DNA from: Candidatus Aceula lacicola
GTDB lineage: Bacteria > Omnitrophota > Gorgyraeia > Zapsychrales > Aceulaceae
Length of the DNA stretch: 60,222 nucleotides
Direction of reading: 5' to 3'
Assembly: GCA_030765785.1 (NCBI GenBank)
Contig: JAVCCC010000008.1
Span: 1-60,222, forward strand
Positions within the stretch are counted from its first letter, which is position 1, and every line of letters starts with the position of its first letter. A program made the translations under genes and the position numbers. Shown here in pieces: positions 47,433-57,860 of the stretch. The notes beneath the pieces were generated by a model. That model did not search any database, was not told the origin of the DNA, and saw only the letters and a list, made by a program, of their open reading frames with translations.

Positions 47433-48463
47433 TTGTTATTATCTTTTTCAAGAATTTCAATTCTTCTTCTTAAATCATGAATCATCTTTATGTATTCTGG
47501 AAGACGCTGCAATGATGCATTAACCTTTTTTGCCTTATCGTGCGGCTTAGCTGGATATCCTGAAACAATCGTCTTAGGGGCAACTGATTTTGTTACACCT
47601 GCCTGTGCAGCGACAATAGCACCTTCACCAATCGTCAAATGCCCAGCAATGCCTGCTTGTCCAGCCAAAATCACCCTGTCTTTAATATCAACACTACCTG
47701 AAATACCTGCTTGTGCGCAAACAATGCAATTCTGACCAATAACAACGTTGTGCGCGATCTGAACTAAATTGTCGATCTTCGTTCCTTTGCCAATAAATGT
47801 TTTATCAAATCGTGCACGATCGACAGTGACATTAGAACCGATCTCAACATTATCTTCAATCACAACAGTTCCAATTTGTGGAATTTTCTCATGCATGCCA
47901 TCAACATCAGCAAATCCAAAACCATCAGATCCAATCACTGTTCCTGAGTGAATGATGACATTGTTACCAATTGTAATTCGCTCTCGAATTGTTGTGTTTG
48001 GATAAATCAAACATTTTGTCCCAATCTTCGTCTCATATCCAACAAAGCATCCGCTATAAATAATGCTGTCATCTTCGACTTCAGCCTTACTCTGAATAAC
48101 TGCATAAGGGCCAATGCAAACATTTTTTCCAATAACAGCATCATCTGCAATGATAGCTGTCGGATGAATACCTTTAACATAATGAGACAAATCGCCAACG
48201 ACAATAGCCGCTAGCTTAGAAAATGCGAGAGATGGATTCTTTGTAAGAATCAAGTTTTTCTTTGACAGCGAAACATCTTCAGGAACAATAACGGCCGAAG
48301 CTTTTGTTTCTTCTATCAAAGAAAAATACTTTGGATTAGCTACAAAGGTAATCTCTCCCTCTCTGGCCTCCTTAATGCCAGAAATGCCCATGATGACAAC
48401 ATTGTCATCTCCATGGACTTTTCCGTCAATCAGCTGTGCAATTTCAGCGAGAGTTTTTTGCAT
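47429..48463 (-). CDS. lpxD: UDP-3-O-acyl-glucosamine N-acyltransferase LpxD
   Basis: [33 protein letters not shown]. Confidence 0.97.
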   Translation of the reverse strand: MQKTLAEIAQLIDGKVHGDDNVVIMGISGIKEAREGEITFVANPKYFSLIEETKASAVIVPEDVSLSKKNLILTKNPSLAFSKLAAIVVGDLSHYVKGIHPTAIIADDAVIGKNVCIGPYAVIQSKAEVEDDSIIYSGCFVGYETKIGTKCLIYPNTTIRERITIGNNVIIHSGTVIGSDGFGFADVDGMHEKIPQIGTVVIEDNVEIGSNVTVDRARFDKTFIGKGTKIDNLVQIAHNVVIGQNCIVCAQAGISGSVDIKDRVILAGQAGIAGHLTIGEGAIVAAQAGVTKSVAPKTIVSGYPAKPHDKAKKVNASLQRLPEYIKMIHDLRRRIEILEKDNNK

Positions 48464-48480
48464 TTGAAAACAACTTTGAG

Positions 48481-48984
48481 TTATTTCTTTTTGTTAAGAA
48501 TCTCTAAAACTTTATCTGTTAAATCTAGTGTTTTGCTACCATAAATTAAAACACGATCATTTAAAATGATGTCATAATTGTCTTTTTCAGCGTAACTCTT
48601 AACAACCTCTTCAATTTCTAATAAAATTTCACGAATCTTTTCATCACGCTCTTTACGCAAATCTGTTTGTTTCTGACGATCAAATTCAATAAGAGTATTT
48701 TTATCTTTATTAATCTCTACTTTTAACTTCTCTTTTTCTGCTTCCTTAAGCAAAACAAGTTTACGTTCTGCTTCTTGAATCTTTTCAAGCTTTTTATTGC
48801 GCGATTTTTGATATTCTACGCTTTTCTTTTCTAGCGTTTCATCATAATTGCCCGTCTTAGAATATTCATCAAAAACACGACTCAGATCAACATAAGCAAT
48901 TTTAAGAGTCGTCTGCGCATAACTAACCGCTGTTAATGATAGTGCAAAAATAACTGCCAGAAATAAACTGAAAACTTTTTTCAT
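48481..48984 (-). CDS. skp: OmpH/Skp chaperone
   Basis: Signal peptide, KIAYVDL, coiled coil, YDIIL..DLT..VL. Confidence 0.93.
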   Translation of the reverse strand: MKKVFSLFLAVIFALSLTAVSYAQTTLKIAYVDLSRVFDEYSKTGNYDETLEKKSVEYQKSRNKKLEKIQEAERKLVLLKEAEKEKLKVEINKDKNTLIEFDRQKQTDLRKERDEKIREILLEIEEVVKSYAEKDNYDIILNDRVLIYGSKTLDLTDKVLEILNKKK

Positions 48985-49006
48985 AAAACCCTCCTTAAAC
49001 TAGATG

Positions 49007-51364
49007 TTAAAATGATCGACTAATACTAAAATAAAACTTCCCCGACCTTTCTTCTTCCCCTGGCTCATCATTAAGTGGATATCCGTAATCCAAGTTAATC
49101 GGACCAATCGGTGTCTTAACACGAAGCCCTAAACCTGTTCCTGTTTTAAGATCTCCTTTTCCAAAATCTTCAATCTTTTTCCAAACATTACCAACATCAA
49201 AAAACGCTGCAAGCTTAACAAAATCAAGCAAAGGAATCGTGTACTCGATGTTACCAACCAGCAAGCTCTCGCCACCAATAGGGTCATTTGTTGCAGCATC
49301 TAATGGACCGACTTTTCGCTCATTGTACCCTCTAATTGTTTTTGCACCACCAGCAAAAAATCGCTCATAAATTGGAACTTCATCTGAATCTCCATAGGAA
49401 TCAGCAAACCCTGTTCTTAAACGAAATTCCAAGACCGAATCATTTGGCATCGGAATAAGATAATTTGCCTTTGTTTGAAATCGATAAAAATCTTTATCGC
49501 CTCCTAAAAGTCCGCCAGCATAATCAACCGTTCCACTTAAAACAAGTCCTTTTGTCGGACTAAAGATGCTGTCACGAGAATCATGTGTCAAAGTAAAACT
49601 CGTAACGCTGACCACATTTTTCCCAGCTTCTTTTGCTAACTCACTACTAACACCAGTTGCTAAATTACTAATCGTAATCTCTTCTCTGCGATACATTGTT
49701 CCTGCAGACAAATATTCTGTAAGCTGTTTTCCAAAACGAATATCTCCACCCATGCGTTTTTCATCATACGCATATCCTGTGTCTGATTCACGATCTGTTT
49801 TTGTACGATAAAGATCAAAACCTCCGGAAATTGGATAATCAAAAATCCATGGCTCTGTAAAACTTAGTCGTGCATTATTCCGAACAGAACCGACCTCAGC
49901 TCGAACTAAGATATTCTGCCCGCCTCCTGTAAATGTTGGCCAATTTGTAAAATCAAAATTCTTTTGTTCAACTTCAACAAATCCAACCAATTGATCAACC
50001 GTGCTGTATCCACCACCGAAACTAAAGCTTCCCGTTTTGGCTTCTTTGACCTGGACAACTAAATCTTTTCTGTCCGCATACGGCGTATCTTGAACATCAT
50101 AATCAATTTCTTCAAAATACCCTAAATTCTTCAAACGCTCTTTACTTCGACGCAATTTAGTTCCGTCAAAAGCATCACCTGGCTTTAGGCGCAATTCTCG
50201 TCGAACAACGATATCACGTGTTCTTGTGTTTCCTTGAATCTCAATTTTATTAACATACGCAATATCGCCTTCTTGAATATCAAGACGCACATCTACTTTT
50301 CCCGTTTCAGGGTTAATAGAGGTTGCTTCTTCAATGTTGACAAAAATATATCCTTTGTCGAAATAATTTGAATTGATCTTCGAAAGAGCTTCATCCATCT
50401 TCTGAGGAGTAAACGTTGCATCTGGTTTCAAATCTCCCATCGCCTTAAAAATCTCTTCATCTTTAAAAACAATGTCGTTGCCTTCGACAGAAATATTTCC
50501 AGTAAAATATTGCTTTCCTTCTTCAATGCTAATATTAATAATCAGTTTTGATTTTAGAGCCTGTTCAATACGGTATGTTGCCGTTGCATCTAAAAATCCG
50601 TGATCAGCATAAAATAATACAATGCGCTCCCTATCTTCATCTAAAACATCATTCTTTAGGTATCCAGAAGTAAAAAGAGAATCCGCCCTAGTTTTTATCG
50701 CGCGGATAATTTGCTTATATTTAAACTTCTTATTTCCTAAAATGTTAATTTTCTTAATCTTTACTCGCTGACCTTCTTGAATAATATAGTGGATGGTTGC
50801 CTTATTGTTATCTTCGTCAACTGTTGTGTCGACATCAATCGCAACATCTGTTAAGCCTTTTTTAGCATACAAATCTCTTATAATCTTTTCATCATCCTTT
50901 AAATTCTTTCGATCAAAAAATCGCCCTTTTTTGCTTTTAATCTTTAGCGTCAACGCACGTGAGCTATAAAAACGTGTTTTTGAAAATGTAACTTTATCAA
51001 TAACGGGTTTTTCTTTTAAATGAATAACCACTTTGACGCCACCCTCATAAGCTTCTTTTTCAATAGCAACATCAGAGAAATATCCAGTGTTAAAAAGTCT
51101 CTTGATATCATCCCCAATAATATTTGATGAATATTGATCTCCGACACGTGTTTTAATTTTTGCTAAAATAGCTGTCGTGCCAATTGTTTTATTTCCTTGA
51201 ATATCAATCGCCTTAACAGTCTCAGGTGTTCCGGCCTGCTCAGCTTGTTCCTTCAAAAAAGATGGGTCAACTTCTCCCTCAATAACGCTGTTTTGAGCAA
51301 AACAAAAACTTGCCAACGCTAACCCTAAACAACAAGAAATAATTAAACAAACTATTTTTTTCAT
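49007..51364 (-). CDS. bamA: Outer membrane assembly factor BamA
   Basis: POTRA repeats (GN.RTRD.VVRRE), TGSFSFGGGYS, IRGY, RVKTPIGPI.LDY, terminal F. Confidence 0.96.
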   Translation of the reverse strand: MKKIVCLIISCCLGLALASFCFAQNSVIEGEVDPSFLKEQAEQAGTPETVKAIDIQGNKTIGTTAILAKIKTRVGDQYSSNIIGDDIKRLFNTGYFSDVAIEKEAYEGGVKVVIHLKEKPVIDKVTFSKTRFYSSRALTLKIKSKKGRFFDRKNLKDDEKIIRDLYAKKGLTDVAIDVDTTVDEDNNKATIHYIIQEGQRVKIKKINILGNKKFKYKQIIRAIKTRADSLFTSGYLKNDVLDEDRERIVLFYADHGFLDATATYRIEQALKSKLIINISIEEGKQYFTGNISVEGNDIVFKDEEIFKAMGDLKPDATFTPQKMDEALSKINSNYFDKGYIFVNIEEATSINPETGKVDVRLDIQEGDIAYVNKIEIQGNTRTRDIVVRRELRLKPGDAFDGTKLRRSKERLKNLGYFEEIDYDVQDTPYADRKDLVVQVKEAKTGSFSFGGGYSTVDQLVGFVEVEQKNFDFTNWPTFTGGGQNILVRAEVGSVRNNARLSFTEPWIFDYPISGGFDLYRTKTDRESDTGYAYDEKRMGGDIRFGKQLTEYLSAGTMYRREEITISNLATGVSSELAKEAGKNVVSVTSFTLTHDSRDSIFSPTKGLVLSGTVDYAGGLLGGDKDFYRFQTKANYLIPMPNDSVLEFRLRTGFADSYGDSDEVPIYERFFAGGAKTIRGYNERKVGPLDAATNDPIGGESLLVGNIEYTIPLLDFVKLAAFFDVGNVWKKIEDFGKGDLKTGTGLGLRVKTPIGPINLDYGYPLNDEPGEEERSGKFYFSISRSF

Positions 51365-51379
51365 TGCATATCCTCTCTT

Positions 51380-52762
51380 TTATTCAGAACCGGTTGCTAA
51401 ATTTTCAAATTTCATATATTCTTTAATAAATGTCGTCTTAAGTGTTCCGACAGGTCCATTTCTTTGTTTTGCAATAATAACCTCAGCAATACCTCTATTT
51501 TCCTCAGTCGGATTATAATATTCTTCACGCATAAGTAAAATGACAAGGTCAGCATCCTGCTCGATCGCTCCAGATTCACGAAGATCAGAAAGTTGCGGTC
51601 TATGATCTTGTCGGCTTTCTACGGCACGAGAAAGCTGGCTAATGCCAATAATAGGAACACCAATTTCGCGAGCAAGAGCTTTTAGCGATCTAGAAATATC
51701 AGAAATTTCTTGCTGACGACTATCTGCACGCCCACTTCCACGCATGAGCTGTAAATAATCTACAATAATAAGCTGAATATCATGACTTGCCTTCAATCGT
51801 CTTGCCTTTGTACGCAACTCCAAAACAGAAATTGCTGGCGTATCATCAATAAAAATAGGCGCAGCTGACAATTTTCCTGCAGCAGCTGTCAGCTTAGGCC
51901 AATCAGACGGAAGCAAAAATCCGCTTCGCACTTTATGCGCATCGACGCGTCCATGCGAACAAAGCATACGTTGAACAAGCTGTTCTTTTGACATTTCCAA
52001 GCTAAAAAGAGCAACCCCAACACCGTTTTCTATTGAGGCGTGTTCTGCAACATTCATTGCCCATGAACTTTTTCCCATAGATGGACGACCAGCCACAATA
52101 ACCAAATCTGACTTCTGGAGGCCAGACGTCATTTTGTCGAACTCAACAAATCCTGTTGAGATACCAGTTATATATTCTTTTCTCTGGTACAAATTATCAA
52201 TCGTTTCGATGGTCTCCTTAATCAACTCTTTGATATGCATCGCATCTTGCTTTAGGCGTGCTGTTGCAATCTGAAAAATAAGTTTTTCAGCACCATCGAC
52301 AAGCTCGTCAATATCAACACCTGGCTTATAGCTTTCGGCAATAATCTGAGTCGCATTCTTAATAAGCTGACGTTGAATATTTTTTTCTTTAACAATGCGC
52401 GCATAATGCTCAACATTAGCCGCAGAGGGGACTAAGTCAATTAAAACTGTTAAATAACTAACACCACCGACATCTTCCAAATTACCTTGAGATTTTAATT
52501 CATCAGAAAGCGTAATGAGATCGACATTCTTTCGATCATTATAAAGCCTTAAAATAGAATCAAAGATTTTTTGATGAGAAGGTTCATAGAAAGAATCGGC
52601 GTTGAGATTTTCTGCAGCAAGGCCAATGGCCTCCTGATCAATCATCATTGATCCGAGAACAGACTTCTCTGCCTCAATATTTTGAGGTGTCACTTTTGCG
52701 CCCGCAAACGAATGAATAGCATCTTTCGATGTGCGCGCAACTCTTATTTCTTGGTTACCCAT
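51380..52762 (-). CDS. dnaB: Replicative helicase DnaB
   Basis: PQNIEAE, AGRPSMGKS, VDYLQL, SQLSR, LRESGAIEQDAD, KQRNG; no intein. Confidence 0.98.
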   Translation of the reverse strand: MGNQEIRVARTSKDAIHSFAGAKVTPQNIEAEKSVLGSMMIDQEAIGLAAENLNADSFYEPSHQKIFDSILRLYNDRKNVDLITLSDELKSQGNLEDVGGVSYLTVLIDLVPSAANVEHYARIVKEKNIQRQLIKNATQIIAESYKPGVDIDELVDGAEKLIFQIATARLKQDAMHIKELIKETIETIDNLYQRKEYITGISTGFVEFDKMTSGLQKSDLVIVAGRPSMGKSSWAMNVAEHASIENGVGVALFSLEMSKEQLVQRMLCSHGRVDAHKVRSGFLLPSDWPKLTAAAGKLSAAPIFIDDTPAISVLELRTKARRLKASHDIQLIIVDYLQLMRGSGRADSRQQEISDISRSLKALAREIGVPIIGISQLSRAVESRQDHRPQLSDLRESGAIEQDADLVILLMREEYYNPTEENRGIAEVIIAKQRNGPVGTLKTTFIKEYMKFENLATGSE

Positions 52763-53187
52763 ACTCTCACTTTTGCAATTACTTCTGGATGAACACGAAT
52801 ACCAACTTCAAAAATACCTAGCTCTTCGATTGGTTTCTCAATAGTAATATCTTTTTTGTCAATTTCAAAACCTTCATCTTTAATAGCTTTTGCAATATCC
52901 GTTTCTGAAATTGCTCCATATAGTTTTTCTAAATCATTGACCTCAACATTAAGCGTACAAGAAACACCTGATAATTTCTTCGCAAACTCTTCAGCCTTAG
53001 ATTTTTTATCTGCCATTTCTTCTTCACGTTTTGCCTTTTGCTTCTCAACCCTCTTTAAATTTTCTGCGGTTGCTAAGCATGCTCTCTCTTGAGGAATAAG
53101 AAAATTCCGAGCAAAGCCATTCTTGACATTTACAACGTCTCCAATTTCCCCTAGCCTGTCTATATTCTGTGATAAAATAACTTTCAT
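52744..53187 (-). CDS. rplI: 50S ribosomal protein L9
   Basis: [21 protein letters not shown]. Confidence 0.98.
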   Translation of the reverse strand: MKVILSQNIDRLGEIGDVVNVKNGFARNFLIPQERACLATAENLKRVEKQKAKREEEMADKKSKAEEFAKKLSGVSCTLNVEVNDLEKLYGAISETDIAKAIKDEGFEIDKKDITIEKPIEELGIFEVGIRVHPEVIAKVRVWVTKK

Positions 53188-53453
53188 TTTAAAAACCTCT
53201 TTGATGATCCGACAGGAAGAAGAGCCAAGAATTTAGCTCGCTTTGCCGCTTTTGTTAAATCTCGCTGCTGCTTTGAATTTGCCCCTGTGAAACGACGAGA
53301 CATAATTTTACCACTTGTCGTAGTAACTTTTAGCAACAAATCAAGATTTTTATAATCAATCTTTGTGTCTTTAGGAAGAGCAACTCGAACACGTGGACGA
53401 CGAGCTGTCTTTTTTCTAGCTGTTTTCTTTTTATCATCTTTTTTTCTTAACAT
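53184..53453 (-). CDS. rpsR: 30S ribosomal protein S18 (Cys-free)
   Basis: IDYKN..LL..GKI..RR.TG..QR.L..A.KRA..LALLP. Confidence 0.95.
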   Translation of the reverse strand: MLRKKDDKKKTARKKTARRPRVRVALPKDTKIDYKNLDLLLKVTTTSGKIMSRRFTGANSKQQRDLTKAAKRAKFLALLPVGSSKRFLK

Positions 53454-53467
53454 TATTCTTTCCTTTT

Positions 53468-53914
53468 TTAAACCGCATTTTCTTCTTCATCCCAAGAAAT
53501 ACTCTCTGGTTTTAGAGAGTCTTCTGCTGGGGCCGAGGTATCTGCATCAAGGTTTCCGTTAACCTTTACTCCAGAATCTTTTGAAGAACCTAAAAATTGA
53601 ACTCGTTCAGCTCTCACTTCAATTGTGTTTCTCTTTTGTCCGTCATTTGTTTCCCATGAGCGCGACTGAAGCGTTCCTTCAACAAAAATAGGACTCCCTT
53701 TTGACAAATACTGATTACATGCTTCTGCTTGTTTGTCCCAAGCCGTTACTGTAATAAAACATGTTTCTTCTTTTAAGTCTCCTGATGCTCTATCGCGATA
53801 TTTCCGATTCACCGCAACACGCAAATTAACAACTCCAACACCATTCGGTGTATAACGCAACTCAGGATCTTTCGTTAAATTCCCAATCAAAAATATTTTG
53901 TTTAAACTCGCCAT
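53468..53914 (-). CDS. ssb: Single-stranded DNA-binding protein
   Basis: LNKI.LIGNLT.DPELRYT, L.KG..I.VEG.LQ.RSWE. Confidence 0.97.
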   Translation of the reverse strand: MASLNKIFLIGNLTKDPELRYTPNGVGVVNLRVAVNRKYRDRASGDLKEETCFITVTAWDKQAEACNQYLSKGSPIFVEGTLQSRSWETNDGQKRNTIEVRAERVQFLGSSKDSGVKVNGNLDADTSAPAEDSLKPESISWDEEENAV

Positions 53915-53941
53915 CCCGTTTTTCCTCTCTTTTCCTTTTTT

Positions 53942-54229
53942 CTACTCAGCATTAGTAATTGCGAAACGAAGAACATCTTCGTTCATATTTAAAATCTGTC
54001 TAATTTTTGCAACAGAAGCCTGCTCGCTTTCAAAATTAATTAAATAATAGGTTCCTTCTGTTCGCCGTCTAATTTTAAATGCAAGCTTGTACTTCTCTAT
54101 CCAAACCTGACTATTGATAACCTTGCCTTTGCCCTTGGCAATGCCATCCGCTACCTTTTTGATCACATTTTCTTTTTCATCCTGACTTAAATGGGCATCG
54201 AGGACAACAGCTAATTCATACTTCTTCAT
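53942..54229 (-). CDS. rpsF: 30S ribosomal protein S6
   Basis: MKKYE, LA.KI....G.Y, E.VLRF. Confidence 0.95.
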   Translation of the reverse strand: MKKYELAVVLDAHLSQDEKENVIKKVADGIAKGKGKVINSQVWIEKYKLAFKIRRRTEGTYYLINFESEQASVAKIRQILNMNEDVLRFAITNAE

Positions 54230-54809
54230 TTTTATTCCTTTTGTTAAATATGGCCATCGCTTGACTTATTCCTTCTTTTAAAAAAACCGCACAACAATCA
54301 ACAGCATTTTGTATTTGAGTATTCAATTGTTTCTTTTCTATCACACTGAAATCAGAAAGAACAAAATCTGCTGCACTCTTTCTTCCCTTTGGCGCTCCAA
54401 CACCAAGCCTTAATCGCGAAAACTCTTGTGTCATCAACTTCTCAATAATCGATGTAAGCCCATTGTGTCCGCCAGCACTACCTTTATTTCGTATGCGTAA
54501 AGAACCAAAATCAATATGAAAATCGTCATATACAACTAAAATACTTTGGCGTTCAATCTTCTTATCTGCAACAACGCTTCTTATAGAAACACCAGAACAA
54601 TTCATATATGTCTGAGGCAGAAGCAAAAAAACATCTTCACCTTCAATATTACCATGACCTAAAAACCCTTGATACTTTGAACTTCGAACAAACTTTATTT
54701 TATATTGTTCGGCTAATTTCGAAACAACCAAGAATCCAAAATTATGCCGCGTAAACTGATACTCTTTTCCGGGGTTTCCCAACCCAACAATAAGATGTCT
54801 TTTAGACAA
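54216..54809 (-). CDS. pth: Peptidyl-tRNA hydrolase
   Basis: LIVGLGNPG..Y..TRHN, PQTYMN.SG, GGHNGL. Likely TTG start at 54809, just after the rplY stop. Confidence 0.96.
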   Translation of the reverse strand: MSKRHLIVGLGNPGKEYQFTRHNFGFLVVSKLAEQYKIKFVRSSKYQGFLGHGNIEGEDVFLLLPQTYMNCSGVSIRSVVADKKIERQSILVVYDDFHIDFGSLRIRNKGSAGGHNGLTSIIEKLMTQEFSRLRLGVGAPKGRKSAADFVLSDFSVIEKKQLNTQIQNAVDCCAVFLKEGISQAMAIFNKRNKNEEV

Positions 54810-54813
54810 ACTA

Positions 54814-55515
54814 TTAACCTTCTGATTTCTCTTCTTTTGCAGAAGCTGCTTGCTGTTCAGCAGTTTCATCCTTTTTCTTCTCTTTTGTGACCTCAGGCTC
54901 TGCCTCAACATCCTCTCCTTCAGATGGCTCTTCTTCAATCTCCTTCATCGGAGGAACAATAGAAACAACAACATCTTCTGGATCATGCTCCGTCACAACT
55001 CCCTCTGGAAAAACAAGATCTTTAACATGAACCGCATCGTGAATATCTAGCTCAGAAATATCTACATCAATATGCGATGGAATTTGTGTTGGCAGACAAA
55101 CAATATCAACCTCCCAAAGATGATGATCAACTGATCCGTCATTTTTCTTAACACCAATAGCATCTCCTTGCACACGAATCGGCACTTTAACCTCAATTTG
55201 CTCTGTCAAAGAAATACGAACAAAATCAATATGTAAAATACAATCAGTCACAGGATGATACTGAAGTTCTTTTATGAGAGCTGAATAATCTCGCAATTTC
55301 TTTTCGCCATCCAAAACATTGAGACGTAAAACAACGCTCTCCCCATGATGAGCGCGTTCAATGCGTTCAAATGCTCTACGATCAACCTTGATCGTGGTCG
55401 GATCTTTATCTCCTCCGTAAACAACAGCCGGAATACAATCTTCTTTGCGAACTTTTCGAGAACCTTCTTTTCCTATTTTACTTCTAATCTGTACATCTAA
55501 TTTTATTTCTTCCAT
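54814..55515 (-). CDS. rplY: 50S ribosomal protein L25/Ctc (long form)
   Basis: IPAVVYG, Q.HPV...ILHIDF, C.P..IP..I.VD, acidic tail. Confidence 0.96.
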   Translation of the reverse strand: MEEIKLDVQIRSKIGKEGSRKVRKEDCIPAVVYGGDKDPTTIKVDRRAFERIERAHHGESVVLRLNVLDGEKKLRDYSALIKELQYHPVTDCILHIDFVRISLTEQIEVKVPIRVQGDAIGVKKNDGSVDHHLWEVDIVCLPTQIPSHIDVDISELDIHDAVHVKDLVFPEGVVTEHDPEDVVVSIVPPMKEIEEEPSEGEDVEAEPEVTKEKKKDETAEQQAASAKEEKSEG

Positions 55516-55556
55516 TTTATCATCTACCCGCCTTCTTCTTAATTTTTCATTCTTGA

Positions 55557-56495
55557 TTAATCAAACAAGCAACTAATAGATTCTTCATTATGAGTTCTCT
55601 TAATCGCTTCTGCCAACAAAGGAGCAATGCTTAGTATTTTTACCTTTGGATTCTTTTCAGGATCTCCTAAAGGAATACTGTTAGTAATTACAACTTCCTT
55701 CAGGATATCACATTCCTTAATTCTTTTTAAAGCATCTCCAGATAAAACTCCATGGCTTACTGCTGCGTATGCTTCAACAACGCCTCTTTTTCCAAGCTCC
55801 TCAATAGCTTCAACCAAAGAACTTGCCGTTGCAACAATATCATCCACCAAAATAGCTCTCTTGCCTTTAACATCACCTAAGATATGCATCACTTCTGTTT
55901 TTTCTGGACTATCTCGTCTTTTATCCACAATCGCTAAACCAGCAGATAACTTCTTAGCATAAGCACGTGCCATTTTAAGACCACCAACATCAGGAGACAC
56001 AACAACTAAATCTTTTATTTCTTTACTAATAAAATACTCACTCATCGTATTAATGGCATACACATGATCCACGGGAATATCAAAAAATCCTTGAATCTGG
56101 CTGGCATGCAAATCCATTGTCAAAATACGACTGGCTCCTGCACCGGTAATCAAATTTGCCACAAGCTTAGCCGTAATCGGAACTCTTGGCTGATCTTTTC
56201 TGTCTTGCCGAGCATATCCATAATACGGAAGCACCGCTGTAATACGTCTAGGCGATGCCCGCCTAATAGCGTCGATCAAAATTAAAAGTTCCATAAAATT
56301 ATCATTCGCCGGACGACATGTTGGCTGAACAATAAAAACATCTTTTCCACGAACATTTTCCTCAATATGAACTCGAATCTCACCTTCGCTAAAACGTCCA
56401 ACAAGCGCTTTTGTCAAAAATATCCCAAGGTGCTGACAAATCTCTTTTGCTAATTCAGGATTAGCGTTACCTGTAATAATTGCTAACTTATCCAT
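55557..56495 (-). CDS. prs: Ribose-phosphate pyrophosphokinase
   Basis: FSEGE, PYYGYARQDRK, DLHA.QIQGFF, SPDVGG, VDDIV. Confidence 0.98.
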   Translation of the reverse strand: MDKLAIITGNANPELAKEICQHLGIFLTKALVGRFSEGEIRVHIEENVRGKDVFIVQPTCRPANDNFMELLILIDAIRRASPRRITAVLPYYGYARQDRKDQPRVPITAKLVANLITGAGASRILTMDLHASQIQGFFDIPVDHVYAINTMSEYFISKEIKDLVVVSPDVGGLKMARAYAKKLSAGLAIVDKRRDSPEKTEVMHILGDVKGKRAILVDDIVATASSLVEAIEELGKRGVVEAYAAVSHGVLSGDALKRIKECDILKEVVITNSIPLGDPEKNPKVKILSIAPLLAEAIKRTHNEESISCLFD

Positions 56496-57750
56496 TTATT
56501 TTTCCTTTCGATTTTATTCTTCCAGGAACTCCAATAATTGTTTTTCCGTTAGGAACATTTCTATTTTTAGGAACAACGCATCCAGCGGCTGTCACAGATT
56601 TTTTACCAATTCTGACAGGAGCGACTAAAATCGAATCCGATCCAACAAAAGCTTGATCACCAATGACAGTCTTGCTTTTTTTTGTTCCATCATAATTCGC
56701 CGTTACCACACCTGCCCCAATATTAACCTTTTTGCCAACAACAGTGTCACCTAAAAATCCAAAATGCTTCATTAAACTCTGCTCACCAACTATTGAACGA
56801 GATACTTCTGTAAAATTTCCAATTTGAGCACCATTTTTAATATATGACTTAGGACGAATATGGCAAAATGGCCCTAATGTACATTTGCTACCTATCACAA
56901 CATCGTTTTCAATAAACGTAAATGGATAAACAACCGTATCTTGCCCAACCTTAACATTCGCCCCAACATATGTTGTCGTCGGATCAACAATAGTAACACC
57001 TTGCGCCATAAGCTTATCTAATATTTTTTTATTCAAAATACGATTTGCCTCTGCAAGATCCGCTCGCGTATTAATGCCCAACCCTTCAGTAGAATCGGAT
57101 AGCTTAACCGCACGAACAATCTTTTTTTGTCGAACAAAAACAGAAATAATATCTGTTAAATAATATTCTTTTTTCTTTTTATTAATCGTAATCTTATCTA
57201 ACCCATCAAACAAATCCTGCACCCTAAAACAATAAACACCCGTATTAATTTCGCAAATATGTTTTTCTTCAAAACTTGCATCTTTTTCTTCACAAATCGC
57301 AATCACATTGCTACCGCTGCTTCGAATCACTCGCCCATATCCTTTTGGATCATCAAGTTCTGCTGTTAAAAATGTACATGCAGCTTTTGCTTTTTTATGA
57401 GCAGATAAAAGCTTACGAATACTCGAAACTTCAAGGAGCGGCGCATCACCACACAAAATTAAAACATTACCCTTATGCTTCTTAAGAAAAGACTTTGTCG
57501 CCTTAATAGCGTCTGCTGTACCTAAAAGCTTTTTTTGCATAACTGTTGAAACATCTGATGAAAGCTTTTCTTTAACGAGCAAATGACCTTGACCTAAAAC
57601 AACACAAACAGATGAACTGACGGCTTTTGCTGCATCGACAACATGCTGAATCATTGGACATCCACAAACATCGTGCAAAACTTTTGGAACCTCAGATTTC
57701 ATCCGAGTTCCTTTTCCAGCTGCCAAAATAATTGCACTCGTCTTAATCAT
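56488..57750 (-). CDS. glmU: Bifunctional GlmU (short C-terminus)
   Basis: ILAAGKGTRMKS..PKVLH, GTADA, EINTG, YYLTD, hexapeptide repeats, NIGAG..NYDG. Confidence 0.96.
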   Translation of the reverse strand: MIKTSAIILAAGKGTRMKSEVPKVLHDVCGCPMIQHVVDAAKAVSSSVCVVLGQGHLLVKEKLSSDVSTVMQKKLLGTADAIKATKSFLKKHKGNVLILCGDAPLLEVSSIRKLLSAHKKAKAACTFLTAELDDPKGYGRVIRSSGSNVIAICEEKDASFEEKHICEINTGVYCFRVQDLFDGLDKITINKKKKEYYLTDIISVFVRQKKIVRAVKLSDSTEGLGINTRADLAEANRILNKKILDKLMAQGVTIVDPTTTYVGANVKVGQDTVVYPFTFIENDVVIGSKCTLGPFCHIRPKSYIKNGAQIGNFTEVSRSIVGEQSLMKHFGFLGDTVVGKKVNIGAGVVTANYDGTKKSKTVIGDQAFVGSDSILVAPVRIGKKSVTAAGCVVPKNRNVPNGKTIIGVPGRIKSKGKING

Positions 57751-57772
57751 CAAAACACCTTTACTAAATCAA

Positions 57773-57843
57773 CTGCCCAGCCAGGGCTCGAACCTGAAAT
57801 GCGAGATCCAAATTCTCGTGTGTTACCATTACACCACCGGGCA
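57773..57843 (-). tRNA. tRNA-Gln(UUG), CCA not encoded
   Basis: TGCCCGG/CTGGGCA acceptor stem, anticodon arm CGAGA-ATTTGGA-TCTCG, TCAGG-TTCGAGC-CCTGG T arm. Confidence 0.95.
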
Positions 57844-57860
57844 ATAGCTTAAAATCTTTT

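Noticed and set aside
57773-57843. tRNA-Gln without encoded CCA as an integration site or pseudogene
   Set aside because: The cloverleaf is intact, no duplicated 3' end lies nearby, and CCA is commonly added enzymatically.
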